In this document: positions 1-10,071 of the stretch, in pieces
Position numbering within the stretch: the first letter of the stretch is position 1
Layout: each line of letters begins with the position of its first letter
Origin: Methanobacteriota archaeon
GTDB taxonomy: Archaea; Halobacteriota; Bog-38; Methanoflorentales; Methanoflorentaceae
Reading direction: 5' to 3'
Length of the DNA stretch: 64,000 nucleotides
Assembly (NCBI GenBank): GCA_963719035.1
Contig: CAVRAO010000002.1
Location: forward strand, 640,001 to 704,000
Notes under the pieces: model-generated
The model's database searches: none
Told to the model about the DNA's origin: nothing
Seen by the model: the letters and a program-made list of their open reading frames with translations, nothing else
Made by a program: the position numbers and the translations under genes

Positions 1-176
1 AGGGAGAGAGAGGATCTATTTCGGTTAAAAAAAGTCAAAAAGCTCCTCGAACGACGGAAAGCTGCAAAGAAAAAACTGTCAACCGCTTCTATTGGCGCAG
101 TGTAAGCTCTGCAACCTAACCCGCGATGACTAGTCAAAAACGACGGATTGCTCCTTCTAAGGGCCAGTCTAACCGG

Positions 177-506
177 TTATCCCTTAGTTATCATAGCAGC
201 ACAAACTTCATCAACCGCTATTTTCTCTGGTTTTTCCTTCCTACTCACTTGATGTGCGATGTCTATGATTGCCTGTAAATCTTTCATGGTCAGCTTTGAA
301 AAAGAGATACTGTCCCATTCGCTCCGTTTGATGCACACCCACACCTCACCAAGGATTTGCTTGAGCACGTCGATGTCTGCTGAAGTGAATGACTTCCACT
401 CTGCCGGCATTGTTCGCCGAATTTTTTCGAGCGCAACTTCTACGGCTTTTTCCCTGTGGATTTGAAACAGCCGTCTTCCAACTTCCTCGTCTCTGGCTTC
501 AGGCAT
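177..506 (-). CDS. hypothetical protein (109 aa, helical)
   Basis: Clean ORF, ATG preceded by GGGGT RBS-like motif, natural protein composition; no recognised motif. Confidence 0.7.
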   Translation of the reverse strand: MPEARDEEVGRRLFQIHREKAVEVALEKIRRTMPAEWKSFTSADIDVLKQILGEVWVCIKRSEWDSISFSKLTMKDLQAIIDIAHQVSRKEKPEKIAVDEVCAAMITKG

Positions 507-723
507 AAAACTACCCCAATCCTATTCTCGTTACGTTTAGATATCTTTTTTGGAAATAAATTCACTATATCTGACTATTAAACCTTACAAATGCTGCGAT
601 TTCGCTAAGAGTGGGTCATCACTTTTTTTCAGGCCACTGTGAACAGTCTCGCCCATACGGCCGGGCAATAAGCGCTGTGAGCCGTAAGCCTTTTGAGTAT
701 TGGTTCGCCAAATAAGACTTTTG

Positions 724-1365
724 TCAAGCAGATTCTGATGACGCTGCTTTTAGCTTGATCTTCTTTAACCGGAAGATGTTTTCGCGTTCCATTTCCTCGA
801 GCCTGAAGACAATGAACGCTTCTGCCTCTTTTAAGTCTGGAATAACGCGAAACTCTAGAGCGTTCACGCGACGCTTAATCCGCTCAATCTCCATCAGCAA
901 CCGCTTAACCGCAGTCTCAACTTCGGCGGCTCGTATCACTTTATCCAAAAGCTCCTCATAAGCTGCTGCCGCCTCGTCAATGGCGGATGATGTCCCGATT
1001 ATCCCGTACCCTCGCTCATCAATGCTTTGACTGATGGCAGTGGATTCTATTTCTGGAACGACGACGCCCATCAGACTTCTGCTCGTTAGAGTGACCTCAG
1101 GCTTATGCTTTAGAGCAAACGCAGCAGAATAGACTTCGATGACGCCTTCGACCATTTTTGCAACGTCGATCTTCTCTTTCGCGATCTTATACGTGTTCGC
1201 CAGATCCATACTCGCATCTTTGGCCTTTTCAAGAACGTCAAAGAATTCCAGAATGAGCCCGTCCCGCTTCATCTTCAGTAGGTTATACCCAGATTCCGAC
1301 AAAGTGATCTTCTTTTTAATCTCGAGGAGTTCCGACCGAGTTGGTTTTACGTCCCTTAAGGCCAT
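724..1365 (-). CDS. atpD: A/V-type ATP synthase subunit D
   Basis: KPTRSEL..LKMKRDGL and KRRVNALEF motifs; last gene of operon. Confidence 0.97.
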   Translation of the reverse strand: MALRDVKPTRSELLEIKKKITLSESGYNLLKMKRDGLILEFFDVLEKAKDASMDLANTYKIAKEKIDVAKMVEGVIEVYSAAFALKHKPEVTLTSRSLMGVVVPEIESTAISQSIDERGYGIIGTSSAIDEAAAAYEELLDKVIRAAEVETAVKRLLMEIERIKRRVNALEFRVIPDLKEAEAFIVFRLEEMERENIFRLKKIKLKAASSESA

Positions 1366-1438
1366 GTGTTCTCCGTTTCGAATGTGCTATGGAGCTACGC
1401 GTACTCTAAATTTGCTATTAGGATGCGATACACCCCGG

Positions 1439-2845
1439 TTAAGAAGCTGCCGGCACTGGCTCCTCTGTTTGTTTCGCAACGTGCGCCGGGTGATATTTCT
1501 CAATGAGCTTCCTGTCAATTCGAGTCAATTGTGCCTCAGGGAGCGCCGCAAGCAAATTCCAACCGAGCTGGAGGGTGTCCTCAATGCCCCGATCTTCCTC
1601 GTAGCCTTGGCGCACGAATCTATCTTCAAAGGCATCTGCAAACTCGAGGAACGTTTTATCGCGGTCTGAGAGCGACTCCTTCCCAACAATTGCAACAAGT
1701 CCTCGTAGATCCTTACCTTCGGCATATACTGCATAAAGCTGATCCGAAACAGCCTTGTGATCTTCTCGCGTTTTTCCCGGCCCTATGCCCGAGTTCATAA
1801 GGCGTGAGAGTGAGGGAAGGACGTTAACAGGCGGATAAATGCCCCGACGATGCAACTCCCGCGAGATCACAAACTGCCCTTCCGTTATGTAGCCAGTAAG
1901 GTCAGGGATTGGATGGGTGATATCGTCGCCAGGCATGGTTAAGATCGGGATTTGTGTAATCGAGCCGATCTTCCCTCGGATCCTCCCCGCCCGTTCATAA
2001 ATTGACGCAAGATCGGTATACATATATCCAGGATAGCCGCGGCGGCCCGGCACCTCCTCGCGCGCGGCACCGATCTGCCGCAGCGCTTCGCAATAGTTCG
2101 TCATGTCGGTGAGGATAACGAGCACGTGCATGTTGTGCTCAAAAGCAAGATACTCAGCCGTTGTGAGCGCAAGCTTTGGGGTGATTAACCGTTCAATGGC
2201 CGGGTCGTCTGCTAAGTTTAAGAATACAACGGCCCGTTCGAGTGCGCCTGTTCTCTCAAAGTCATTCATAAAGTGTTGCGCTTCTTCAGCAGTAATCCCC
2301 ATAGCAACGAAAATGACCGCAAAGGCTTCTTCTGCGCCCAATACCTTAGCCTGCCGAGCGATTTGCAGGGCCAAATCATTATGCGGAAGGCCTGATCCGG
2401 AAAAGATGGGCAGTTTTTGACCTCTAACGAGGGTATTCATACCGTCTATCGTGGAAACGCCGGTTTGGATGAACTCAGACGGATTATCTCGAGCGTATGG
2501 GTTAATGGCTGCGCCTGTGATGTCGAGTCGCTTTTCAGGCACGATTTCTGGCCCACCGTCAAGCGGTTGACCTGATCCTGAAAGTATTCGGCCGAGTATT
2601 TCCTTTGATACGGGCATTTTGATGACTTCACCGGTAAACCGTATCCGCGAGTGGGTATCAATCCCCGCAGTTGTTTCGAACACTTGAATTGCCACCAACT
2701 TTTCGGACGTATCAAGAACCTGACCTCTTTTAACCGTTCCGTCGTCTAGAATGACGTTGACAAGCTCCATATACCCAACCGGCTCTGTTTTCTCAACGAA
2801 AACGAGGGGCCCCGCAATGGACGTTATTGTTCGATATTCTTTCAT
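1439..2845 (-). CDS. atpB: A/V-type ATP synthase subunit B
   Basis: [44 protein letters not shown]. Confidence 0.99.
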   Translation of the reverse strand: MKEYRTITSIAGPLVFVEKTEPVGYMELVNVILDDGTVKRGQVLDTSEKLVAIQVFETTAGIDTHSRIRFTGEVIKMPVSKEILGRILSGSGQPLDGGPEIVPEKRLDITGAAINPYARDNPSEFIQTGVSTIDGMNTLVRGQKLPIFSGSGLPHNDLALQIARQAKVLGAEEAFAVIFVAMGITAEEAQHFMNDFERTGALERAVVFLNLADDPAIERLITPKLALTTAEYLAFEHNMHVLVILTDMTNYCEALRQIGAAREEVPGRRGYPGYMYTDLASIYERAGRIRGKIGSITQIPILTMPGDDITHPIPDLTGYITEGQFVISRELHRRGIYPPVNVLPSLSRLMNSGIGPGKTREDHKAVSDQLYAVYAEGKDLRGLVAIVGKESLSDRDKTFLEFADAFEDRFVRQGYEEDRGIEDTLQLGWNLLAALPEAQLTRIDRKLIEKYHPAHVAKQTEEPVPAAS

Positions 2846-2856
2846 TTTTTCCTCCC

Positions 2857-4584
2857 CTATGCCAGTTCCGCACGCATGGCCGTTTCAATCGCTTCCAGCT
2901 TTGCCCCGTATTCTTCTTCAAATTTTATCTGTGCCAGTTCTGCTTTTGCAGGGACGTTGACGATCTCATCGACTAATCTTCCCATGTTAAGAGCTTTTCT
3001 CGCGAGGTCGTCATAAACCATAATAGCTGCCAGCATATCGTGTTGCTTTTGAAGCGGACAGTAGGTATCAACCGCATGATAGGCGTTCTGCTGCAAAAAG
3101 TACTCTCGAATCATCCGCGCAACCTCAAGTGTTAATTGCTCATCATCGGGGAGGGCATCGGATCCCACAAGTTGTACGACTTCCTGCAACTCGCTTTCTT
3201 TCTGAAGAATTGCCATCGCTCGCATTCTCAGCTCTTCCCAGTCCCCCGCCACGTGACTGACAAACCAGTCTGTAAGGTTTTTCGTGTAGAGGCTGTAAGA
3301 GTCCAACCAATTGATGGAGGGGAAATGTCGCCGTTGTGAGAGCTTGCTATCAAGAGCCCAAAAGACCTTTGCTATCCTGAGTGTGTTTTGGGTCACGGGC
3401 TCTGAGAAATCGCCTCCGGGGGGGCTAACCGCCCCGATAACGGTGATTGATCCTTCGTCACCGCCGAGCGTCTTAACGCGCCCAGCCCGCTCATAAAATT
3501 CTGAAAGCCGCGCAGCAAGATAAGCAGGATATCCCTCTTCGCCGGGCATTTCTTCTAGACGAGAAGAGATCTCACGCATCGCTTCGGCCCAACGTGACGT
3601 TGAGTCCGCCATAAGCGAGACGTCATATCCCATGTCGCGGAAATACTCGGCTATAGTCACACCTGTGTAAACGGACGCTTCACGCGCTGCAACTGGCATG
3701 TTGGACGTATTCGCTACAAGCACCGTTCGATCCATAAGTGGCGCATTTGTTTGGGGGTCTTCGAGCTCTGGAAATTCTGTAAGCACGTCTGCCATCTCGT
3801 TACCTCGCTCTCCACAGCCGATATACACTACTATCTGTGTATCTGACCATTTCGCGAGTTGTTGCTGAGCAACCGTCTTTCCAGAACCAAACGGCCCAGG
3901 GATAGCTGCGGTTCCACCTTTTGCTACAGGGAACAGGGCGTCGAGAATGCGTTGCCCAGTAATAAGCGGGATATCAGGCATCAGCTTCTCAACAGAGGGT
4001 CGTGACACGCGGACAGGCCATTCCTGCATCAGCTTAAGTTCTGTTCCGTCATCAAGTGTGCAGATTACATCATCCACTGTGTGTTCGCCTGACTCGATGC
4101 TTGTTATCGTTCCCCTCTTGCCAGGCGGAACCATAATCTTGTGTTTTAGGTTGGCGGTCTCTTGCACGTACCCGATAGCTTGCCCTCCTCGAACTTCCTC
4201 GCCCTTTTTCGCCTCAGGCACGAAATTCCACTTCTTCGCGTGATCGAGTCCCGCAGCAGCAACCCCCCTCTCGATGAAGTCGCCCAGCTGAGCGTTCAAA
4301 ACCGGAAGTGGTCGTTGGATGCCATCATAAATTGAACTTAACAGACCAGGCCCGAGCTCAACCGACAGAGGGAGGCCCGTGTTTTCAACGGGTTCCCCAG
4401 GCCTTAGGCCTGACGTGTCTTCATAAACTTGAATGATGAATTTATCGCGGTCGATCTCAATTACCTCCCCCAGCAAGCCCTCATTACCGACCTTCACAAG
4501 GTCATACATTTTTGCTTCAATCCCAATGGCGGTAACGACGGGTCCTGCAACCCTATAAATCCTCCCCTTTTGTTCTACTTCCAC
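2857..4584 (-). CDS. atpA: A/V-type ATP synthase subunit A
   Basis: Walker [30 protein letters not shown]; no intein. Confidence 0.99.
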   Translation of the reverse strand: MEVEQKGRIYRVAGPVVTAIGIEAKMYDLVKVGNEGLLGEVIEIDRDKFIIQVYEDTSGLRPGEPVENTGLPLSVELGPGLLSSIYDGIQRPLPVLNAQLGDFIERGVAAAGLDHAKKWNFVPEAKKGEEVRGGQAIGYVQETANLKHKIMVPPGKRGTITSIESGEHTVDDVICTLDDGTELKLMQEWPVRVSRPSVEKLMPDIPLITGQRILDALFPVAKGGTAAIPGPFGSGKTVAQQQLAKWSDTQIVVYIGCGERGNEMADVLTEFPELEDPQTNAPLMDRTVLVANTSNMPVAAREASVYTGVTIAEYFRDMGYDVSLMADSTSRWAEAMREISSRLEEMPGEEGYPAYLAARLSEFYERAGRVKTLGGDEGSITVIGAVSPPGGDFSEPVTQNTLRIAKVFWALDSKLSQRRHFPSINWLDSYSLYTKNLTDWFVSHVAGDWEELRMRAMAILQKESELQEVVQLVGSDALPDDEQLTLEVARMIREYFLQQNAYHAVDTYCPLQKQHDMLAAIMVYDDLARKALNMGRLVDEIVNVPAKAELAQIKFEEEYGAKLEAIETAMRAELA

Positions 4585-4886
4585 AAGTCAACACCTACAG
4601 ATCGCTTAATCTTCTCTCTTAGATGAGTACGTTCATCTGCCGCTCCACCAATCGAGATGACGGTCGGCTCGACCGAATCGTCCAAAGCTATGCGCAAGGG
4701 CGCCGACAGCTTTTCAACGTCGTCGCTGTTCATGATCAAAATCCCGATATCCTCTTCTTTTAAAAGCTCCTTAAGTGTCGGCTCTAAGTCAGCGTCGGTG
4801 GTGATAAACGTTTTTCGCACGCCAGCCAACAAAAAGCCAGTCACAAAATCGGCACTGCCAACAACTGCAACTTCCACGCGAATCAC
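4575..4886 (-). CDS. atpF: A/V-type ATP synthase subunit F
   Basis: [15 protein letters not shown] and [15 protein letters not shown]. Confidence 0.95.
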   Translation of the reverse strand: MIRVEVAVVGSADFVTGFLLAGVRKTFITTDADLEPTLKELLKEEDIGILIMNSDDVEKLSAPLRIALDDSVEPTVISIGGAADERTHLREKIKRSVGVDLWK

Positions 4887-4916
4887 CGCAAAGTTTTATG
4901 TCCAGAATCGTGTTTG

Positions 4917-5978
4917 CTAAAGAATCAAATGGTCTTTAATGATGGCTTCCGGAAGTCCTGCCTCTTTTCCTCGAGCGATGGCCTGGATGTTTGTGACTTC
5001 CGTGTCCTTGCTTAACATATACCCAAGCATCGGGAGCACCGTTAGCGGATGAAACGTTGAGGTTTTCCAAACATGCTCGTTCAAGAATTTATCTAACCGC
5101 AGTTCGATCTTGCTCAGCGATTCCACTCGGTCAGTGATGATGTCGGAGATGGCGCCCCAATACGGGTATTTATTAAGTAGTGTGACAAATTCCTCGAAGG
5201 GCGCGCTTACCAATTTTTCAATGTCTTGATCGGTGAGGTAGAGACCATTAGGTATGATATATTCGAGTGCTCTTGTGCCAGAAATGCCTGCATTTCTCAA
5301 CCTGAACATAGTTTTCAAGTTGGCAACGTCGATCTCCATCTGAACAACGCGCAAATAAAGCGAGGAGCCCGTTATCCGTGAGACAATTTCAACCATCCTC
5401 ACGTAATAAAACTTGTCGAGCGCATCTTCCAGCTTCATCAAAGACTCGGAATAGTCGATGTCTTTAATGATCTCATAGTACACCGTTCCCTTAAGGGCCG
5501 CGATGACCTCGTCAACATGTGGTTTCCTTGCGAGACTCTGCAAAAAATCGAGGGAGAGCTCACCGCTAGGGACGAGCACCCTTAGTACCTCCTCTTCTGA
5601 GGCGCCGTAAAGTTTTCCTCTTAATATGGTTTTGATTTCTCGTATGTCCCAGCGTCTCAGATATTCCACTATTAATTCGTGAGGTTCGCCCATCGTCATC
5701 TCAGTGAGCTTAACGAATGTTCGAGCCAAATTGAGATGAGTGGCAAACTCGATCAGGTCGACACCCGAGTGTTGACGTGCGAGCTCATCGACTTCAGCCT
5801 TGTACTCTGACTCCTCAATAAAGCGCGCTAATTCAGGAAGCGCCATCACGAGCATTTTTGTGTAGGTCTCCGGCGGAAAGAGCTTGACCTTCATTGCATG
5901 CACTCGTGCAGAGCTGTATGCGTATCTCGCTTTGCGCGATGACCCTGAGTATCTGCGCTTTTTTGTCGGCGCTTTCAT
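4917..5978 (-). CDS. atpC: A/V-type ATP synthase subunit C
   Basis: YAYSSARVHAMKVKL, EVTNIQAIARGK; operon position. Confidence 0.95.
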   Translation of the reverse strand: MKAPTKKRRYSGSSRKARYAYSSARVHAMKVKLFPPETYTKMLVMALPELARFIEESEYKAEVDELARQHSGVDLIEFATHLNLARTFVKLTEMTMGEPHELIVEYLRRWDIREIKTILRGKLYGASEEEVLRVLVPSGELSLDFLQSLARKPHVDEVIAALKGTVYYEIIKDIDYSESLMKLEDALDKFYYVRMVEIVSRITGSSLYLRVVQMEIDVANLKTMFRLRNAGISGTRALEYIIPNGLYLTDQDIEKLVSAPFEEFVTLLNKYPYWGAISDIITDRVESLSKIELRLDKFLNEHVWKTSTFHPLTVLPMLGYMLSKDTEVTNIQAIARGKEAGLPEAIIKDHLIL

Positions 5979-5984
5979 TCGTCC

Positions 5985-6533
5985 TCACACGCTTAAAATC
6001 TGCAAGAGCTGTTTCAAAGACCTGTCTCGCACGTTCTTGAGAATCGAATCAAATGTCAGGTCGCGTAATACCGTACCATCCTCGTTTTCTAATATTACCC
6101 CGCCCGAACACGGAATTGTACCACCGTATTCCAAGCTGCTAATTCGCTTGACCAAAGACTCGTCGTTTTCGTTCGAAAAAACCCGGGTAGAGTCTGTCTG
6201 CGATTCCAGAAGCTTTTTGATAATTTCCTCTCGTTCTGATTCGGGAAGTGTAGCTAGCTTCTCGATCGCTTCGTCGTATACTCGATCAAGCAAGTCCTTC
6301 TTTGCATTCAGAAGAGCTCGCTTAACCTCGAGATTCGCACTTGAGATCTCTCTGTTTTTCCGACGTTCAATTTGCTCGGTCGTCTGCTCACGTTTTTCTT
6401 CACGGATCTGACGTGCCGTTTTTTCGGCGCCCGCGATTATCGCGTTCGCCTCATCAATCCCTTCTTGTCTGATGCGATTCGCTTCCTCCTCCCCTCGCGT
6501 TAGAACGTCTTTAACGACGACTTCCAAGCCCAT
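5985..6533 (-). CDS. atpE: A/V-type ATP synthase subunit E
   Basis: MGLEVVVKDV coiled coil, GGVILENEDG..DLTFD. Confidence 0.95.
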   Translation of the reverse strand: MGLEVVVKDVLTRGEEEANRIRQEGIDEANAIIAGAEKTARQIREEKREQTTEQIERRKNREISSANLEVKRALLNAKKDLLDRVYDEAIEKLATLPESEREEIIKKLLESQTDSTRVFSNENDESLVKRISSLEYGGTIPCSGGVILENEDGTVLRDLTFDSILKNVRDRSLKQLLQILSV

Positions 6534-6539
6534 ACGTCC

Positions 6540-6782
6540 TCAACCTAAGGAAGGTAGGGTTACAAACAGCAATATCAAGGCCACAACAAGCCCGAAGATG
6601 ACGATAGACTCCGGAATGACGGTCATAACCAGACCCCTCCCAAAGAAGCCCTCATCTTCCGCCATTACTCCTATGGCTGCTGATCCGATAACTTGCTCGC
6701 CCAAGGCGGCTGCGATTCCCGTTGCGCTGACCGCTATCGCTGCGGATAGTGCGACCAGCCCTGCTCCTATTGGATCTACCAT
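6540..6782 (-). CDS. atpK: A/V-type ATP synthase proteolipid subunit K (c), single hairpin, 80 aa
   Basis: IGSAAIGVMAED...VIPESIVIFGLVVA; start moved to MVDPIG (ATG 6782). Confidence 0.95.
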   Translation of the reverse strand: MVDPIGAGLVALSAAIAVSATGIAAALGEQVIGSAAIGVMAEDEGFFGRGLVMTVIPESIVIFGLVVALILLFVTLPSLG

Positions 6783-6783
6783 T

Positions 6784-8694
6784 TTATTTTTCCTCCGTAT
6801 ACTTTCTCTCAAAACCGAATGGTTTGTACTTAACACCGCCTCCACGATAGAATTTCGTGAAGAATTCAACATAATGTAATCTCAACGCCTGCAATCCCGA
6901 ATCCAAAATTCCCAACGCCGTATTGATTCCGTGACCGGCAATCAGCAAGACTACACCAAAAATGACAAAAATGCCTCCTTTCGAAAAAAATAGCGCGTCA
7001 GATAGCTTGTTTACAGCAAGGGCGATACCTGTAGAAGATACACCTATAGAGAGCAATCGCGAGTACGATAGCACGTTAGATAGAAGCGTCGGGAGCTCAG
7101 TAAGACCGATCATGCCCTCACCCATTATCAAGAAGATAAAGCCAACAACCGCGACGACCAGCCCTGCGCCCAATCCTAAAGAGAGTTGAATACCGGTGCC
7201 AGATGAAAGCGCCGGCAAGATGAGTGCGACGACTACGGCCCCACCCCAGAGCATGAAAATCCAGCTCACCTTTGCAAAGACTGCATGCTTCAACCCATGT
7301 TGTTTGTATTCATTAACAAATCCCAGAACGTACCCAAGCGTTAGCATCAGTAAGCCGATGATAAAGGTTGCGATTAGCAGATTTAACACGTTTTCCAAAC
7401 GCGGAACCCCATAATACTCAATGGATGTAAGTAACCCCTTGTGCCCAAAAGCTTCGACCCCAAAGAACTCGTTGAAAATGAGCCCGAAAATAACTGAGAA
7501 AACGCCCGCGTAAACGCCAATTATTGCTAGATCGCGCATTCCCTGAGATTTGACTCGTCGACTTACTAAGAGACCGAGAGCAATTACAATCCAGCCGTAA
7601 CCGACGTCGCCCAACATTAAGCCGAAGAGAGCCGGGTACATAAACGTCATTAACTTCGTTGGATCGATCTCGTTATACCTAGGTATAGAGAAAGCCCTTA
7701 TGAGAACCTCAAGCGGACGTGAAGGCAGAGGATTTTTGAGCGCTACGGGGACTTTTTCTACATCAGCAACTTCAGAACTGTCAGCAGCGACGATAATGTG
7801 GCCGTTTGTTGCGCCGTCCAGATCGCTTTGGATCAATCCGAGATCCTTCGTTGGGATCCACCCTTCCACAATGAACGCATTTTTGGTGGTGGCGAACCGT
7901 AGCGGGGCTTCTGCCTTTTGCGTTTCTATTGAAAGGTATTCATCTGAGGCGAGTATATACTCGATGTGCTTCTGGCGGAGGTCGGCCAGATCCCCCTCGC
8001 TCTTTTGCTTTTCAGATTGAAGATCGGTGAGCTGAGCATCCAGATCGACGATTATATCCTTTGGAATGCCCTCACCTTTAGGGAGTGGGAGGGCTGCATA
8101 GCCCTGCTCCTGTAAGCGTTTAAGAACGTCATCCTCGAATTCCCGAGGAATAAAAAGAGAGATCGCGTGTCCCCGCCCATATAGGGCGGTTTCTAGCTCA
8201 TAGTCATTAGCAATGTCGCTGATGAGTGGTGACCCTTTTAACGTCCCGACGAACACCGCGAGCGATTGGTACCCTGTATATAGTTCTAAGGGTAGGTCGA
8301 AACTCTTGAGAGGCTCAAGCAACCGCTTTTTGTCCTTGATGTCTTTAATCTTGGATTCTATTTCGCTGAGTCTTTCCGTCACTTGTGTGACTTCAACGTC
8401 AAGTTGCTCAGTTTTCGCATCGATCGTATCGATTATGGCCCCTTCCGGGTACTTGTTGGGAATGTCTTCTTTGCCTTTAATGCTGAGATAACTAGCTAGA
8501 GAACGTAGAGAGACTGCACGCTCTGAAAGCTTGGTGATACTCTCGTGCGGCTTGCCGATTTTGAAATCTTCATCTTCATCAACGAAGTCAGCAATGTGAA
8601 CGACATCATGCTTGTGCATCACATCAATAGCGATGTTTATATAGTCTTTAGATCCTGCAATGATGACTCTCGTCATCGGTTGCGGCTCAAACAT
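6784..8694 (-). CDS. atpI: A/V-type ATP synthase subunit I (a)
   Basis: PRYNEIDPT, FGLMLGDVGYG, LSYSRL, LRLHYVEFFTKFY; start MFEPQPM (ATG 8694). Confidence 0.97.
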   Translation of the reverse strand: MFEPQPMTRVIIAGSKDYINIAIDVMHKHDVVHIADFVDEDEDFKIGKPHESITKLSERAVSLRSLASYLSIKGKEDIPNKYPEGAIIDTIDAKTEQLDVEVTQVTERLSEIESKIKDIKDKKRLLEPLKSFDLPLELYTGYQSLAVFVGTLKGSPLISDIANDYELETALYGRGHAISLFIPREFEDDVLKRLQEQGYAALPLPKGEGIPKDIIVDLDAQLTDLQSEKQKSEGDLADLRQKHIEYILASDEYLSIETQKAEAPLRFATTKNAFIVEGWIPTKDLGLIQSDLDGATNGHIIVAADSSEVADVEKVPVALKNPLPSRPLEVLIRAFSIPRYNEIDPTKLMTFMYPALFGLMLGDVGYGWIVIALGLLVSRRVKSQGMRDLAIIGVYAGVFSVIFGLIFNEFFGVEAFGHKGLLTSIEYYGVPRLENVLNLLIATFIIGLLMLTLGYVLGFVNEYKQHGLKHAVFAKVSWIFMLWGGAVVVALILPALSSGTGIQLSLGLGAGLVVAVVGFIFLIMGEGMIGLTELPTLLSNVLSYSRLLSIGVSSTGIALAVNKLSDALFFSKGGIFVIFGVVLLIAGHGINTALGILDSGLQALRLHYVEFFTKFYRGGGVKYKPFGFERKYTEEK

Positions 8695-9010
8695 GATATG
8701 TCCTCTTAAACTCCTCAACTAAATAAGAGAGCGCTTCAGCGTGCTTTTTCTCTGCGCGCTCTTTGACGCTTAAAATATCTGCCTGTCCTGCGTCGTGGAT
8801 TTCTTGCTTAGCCTTACTTATTTCTGCGTTGGCGCTCGCATTTAAATCGTCTGCTATCCTGCTCGCTTCTTGCTGTGCGGCATCGATAATTTCAAACGAT
8901 TTCTTTTTTGCATCCTCAATAGTGGCCTCTTTTTGGGTCTGCGCTTCGTCGATCATACGCTGGGCTTCTGCTTCAGCAGCCTTAATCTCAGACAATATCT
9001 CTGACTTCAT
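8687..9010 (-). CDS. atpH: A-type ATP synthase subunit H
   Basis: EILSEIKAAEAEA coiled coil; first gene of atp operon, overlaps atpI. Confidence 0.9.
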   Translation of the reverse strand: MKSEILSEIKAAEAEAQRMIDEAQTQKEATIEDAKKKSFEIIDAAQQEASRIADDLNASANAEISKAKQEIHDAGQADILSVKERAEKKHAEALSYLVEEFKRTYHV

Positions 9011-9131
9011 GTGACCAAACCCATGCCGGTATAATAAAAAGGGATGTATTTAAGCTTTAGGAAAAGTTGAGCCACACCCTAAGCAACTTATAAGCTTAAA
9101 TTGACAAACCATCCCATCAGCACGTTCAGTT

Positions 9132-9914
9132 TTACGCCTTCAAATAATCCGCGGCATATATATCTTTGTTTAGCAGCACGTCGCACGTTTTTATCGTGTC
9201 TATTAAGTCTCTGTCCTCTGTGTTTATTATTGCTGATGAAAGACCGGCGCCAATAAGCATGGCTAAAAACGTTCTTTCTATAAGCCGCGGTTTCTTGGTG
9301 TCGTGCGAGATGTTGCTGAGGCCAACGGTCGTCTTTAGCACGGACGCGGGACTGGTAAGCAGTCCAATTCGCCGCACCGCTTCAACGACTGCCGGTGCCT
9401 GATCTTGCGCTGTGCTCACCGGTAGGCACACTGGATCAACGTACAGCTTCTCGACGCCGATCCCATGCTCGCAGGCGCTTCCGACGATTATCGCCGCCCG
9501 TTCTACTCGCTTGTCTACGTCGCCAAGGATGAATTTCTCGTCCATCGTCATGCAAATAATCTCTGAATCGTATTCTGCAGCAAGTGGAAAAAGCGTCGTC
9601 ATCTTCTCCTGTTCAGCGGAGATCGAATTGATCATAGATCTTCCTTTAACCTCGCTAATGCCTGCTTTCATCACATCGAGTTTCGGAGTATCGACCGAAA
9701 GCGTAACATCGACCACATCTTGCACTGTCGTCACTAGCCATTTCATTAGCTCAACTGCGTCGCTTTTGCCAAGCCCAACGTTAAGGTCAATGATTTGTGC
9801 CCCCACGTCGACTTGGCGAATTGCTAGATCCTGAACGGCTTTTGTGTCTCGTCTATCGATGATGGCCCCCACAGTTTTTGAGTAGCCGTTGATGTTGCCA
9901 CCAATAATTATCAT
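9132..9914 (-). CDS. acsE: methyl-pterin:corrinoid Fe-S protein methyltransferase (AcsE/MeTr, pterin-binding TIM barrel)
   Basis: MIIIGGNING, IDLNVG, SVDT, MINS, YVDP, VGLSNIS, RTFLAM match bacterial AcsE; start moved to ATG 9914. Confidence 0.9.
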   Translation of the reverse strand: MIIIGGNINGYSKTVGAIIDRRDTKAVQDLAIRQVDVGAQIIDLNVGLGKSDAVELMKWLVTTVQDVVDVTLSVDTPKLDVMKAGISEVKGRSMINSISAEQEKMTTLFPLAAEYDSEIICMTMDEKFILGDVDKRVERAAIIVGSACEHGIGVEKLYVDPVCLPVSTAQDQAPAVVEAVRRIGLLTSPASVLKTTVGLSNISHDTKKPRLIERTFLAMLIGAGLSSAIINTEDRDLIDTIKTCDVLLNKDIYAADYLKA

Positions 9915-10071
9915 GGGTATCCCTGCTGCTCCAGCGCAAGTGATTAAATGTGTGTTACACATTAACGCTTTCGGATGAGCGCGTACGAAGCTAGCCTTCT
10001 CGCAACCTATATATAAAAACATAGTATATAACGACACGTCTTTTGAACATATGTGAGGCTTTTGGGGCAAT

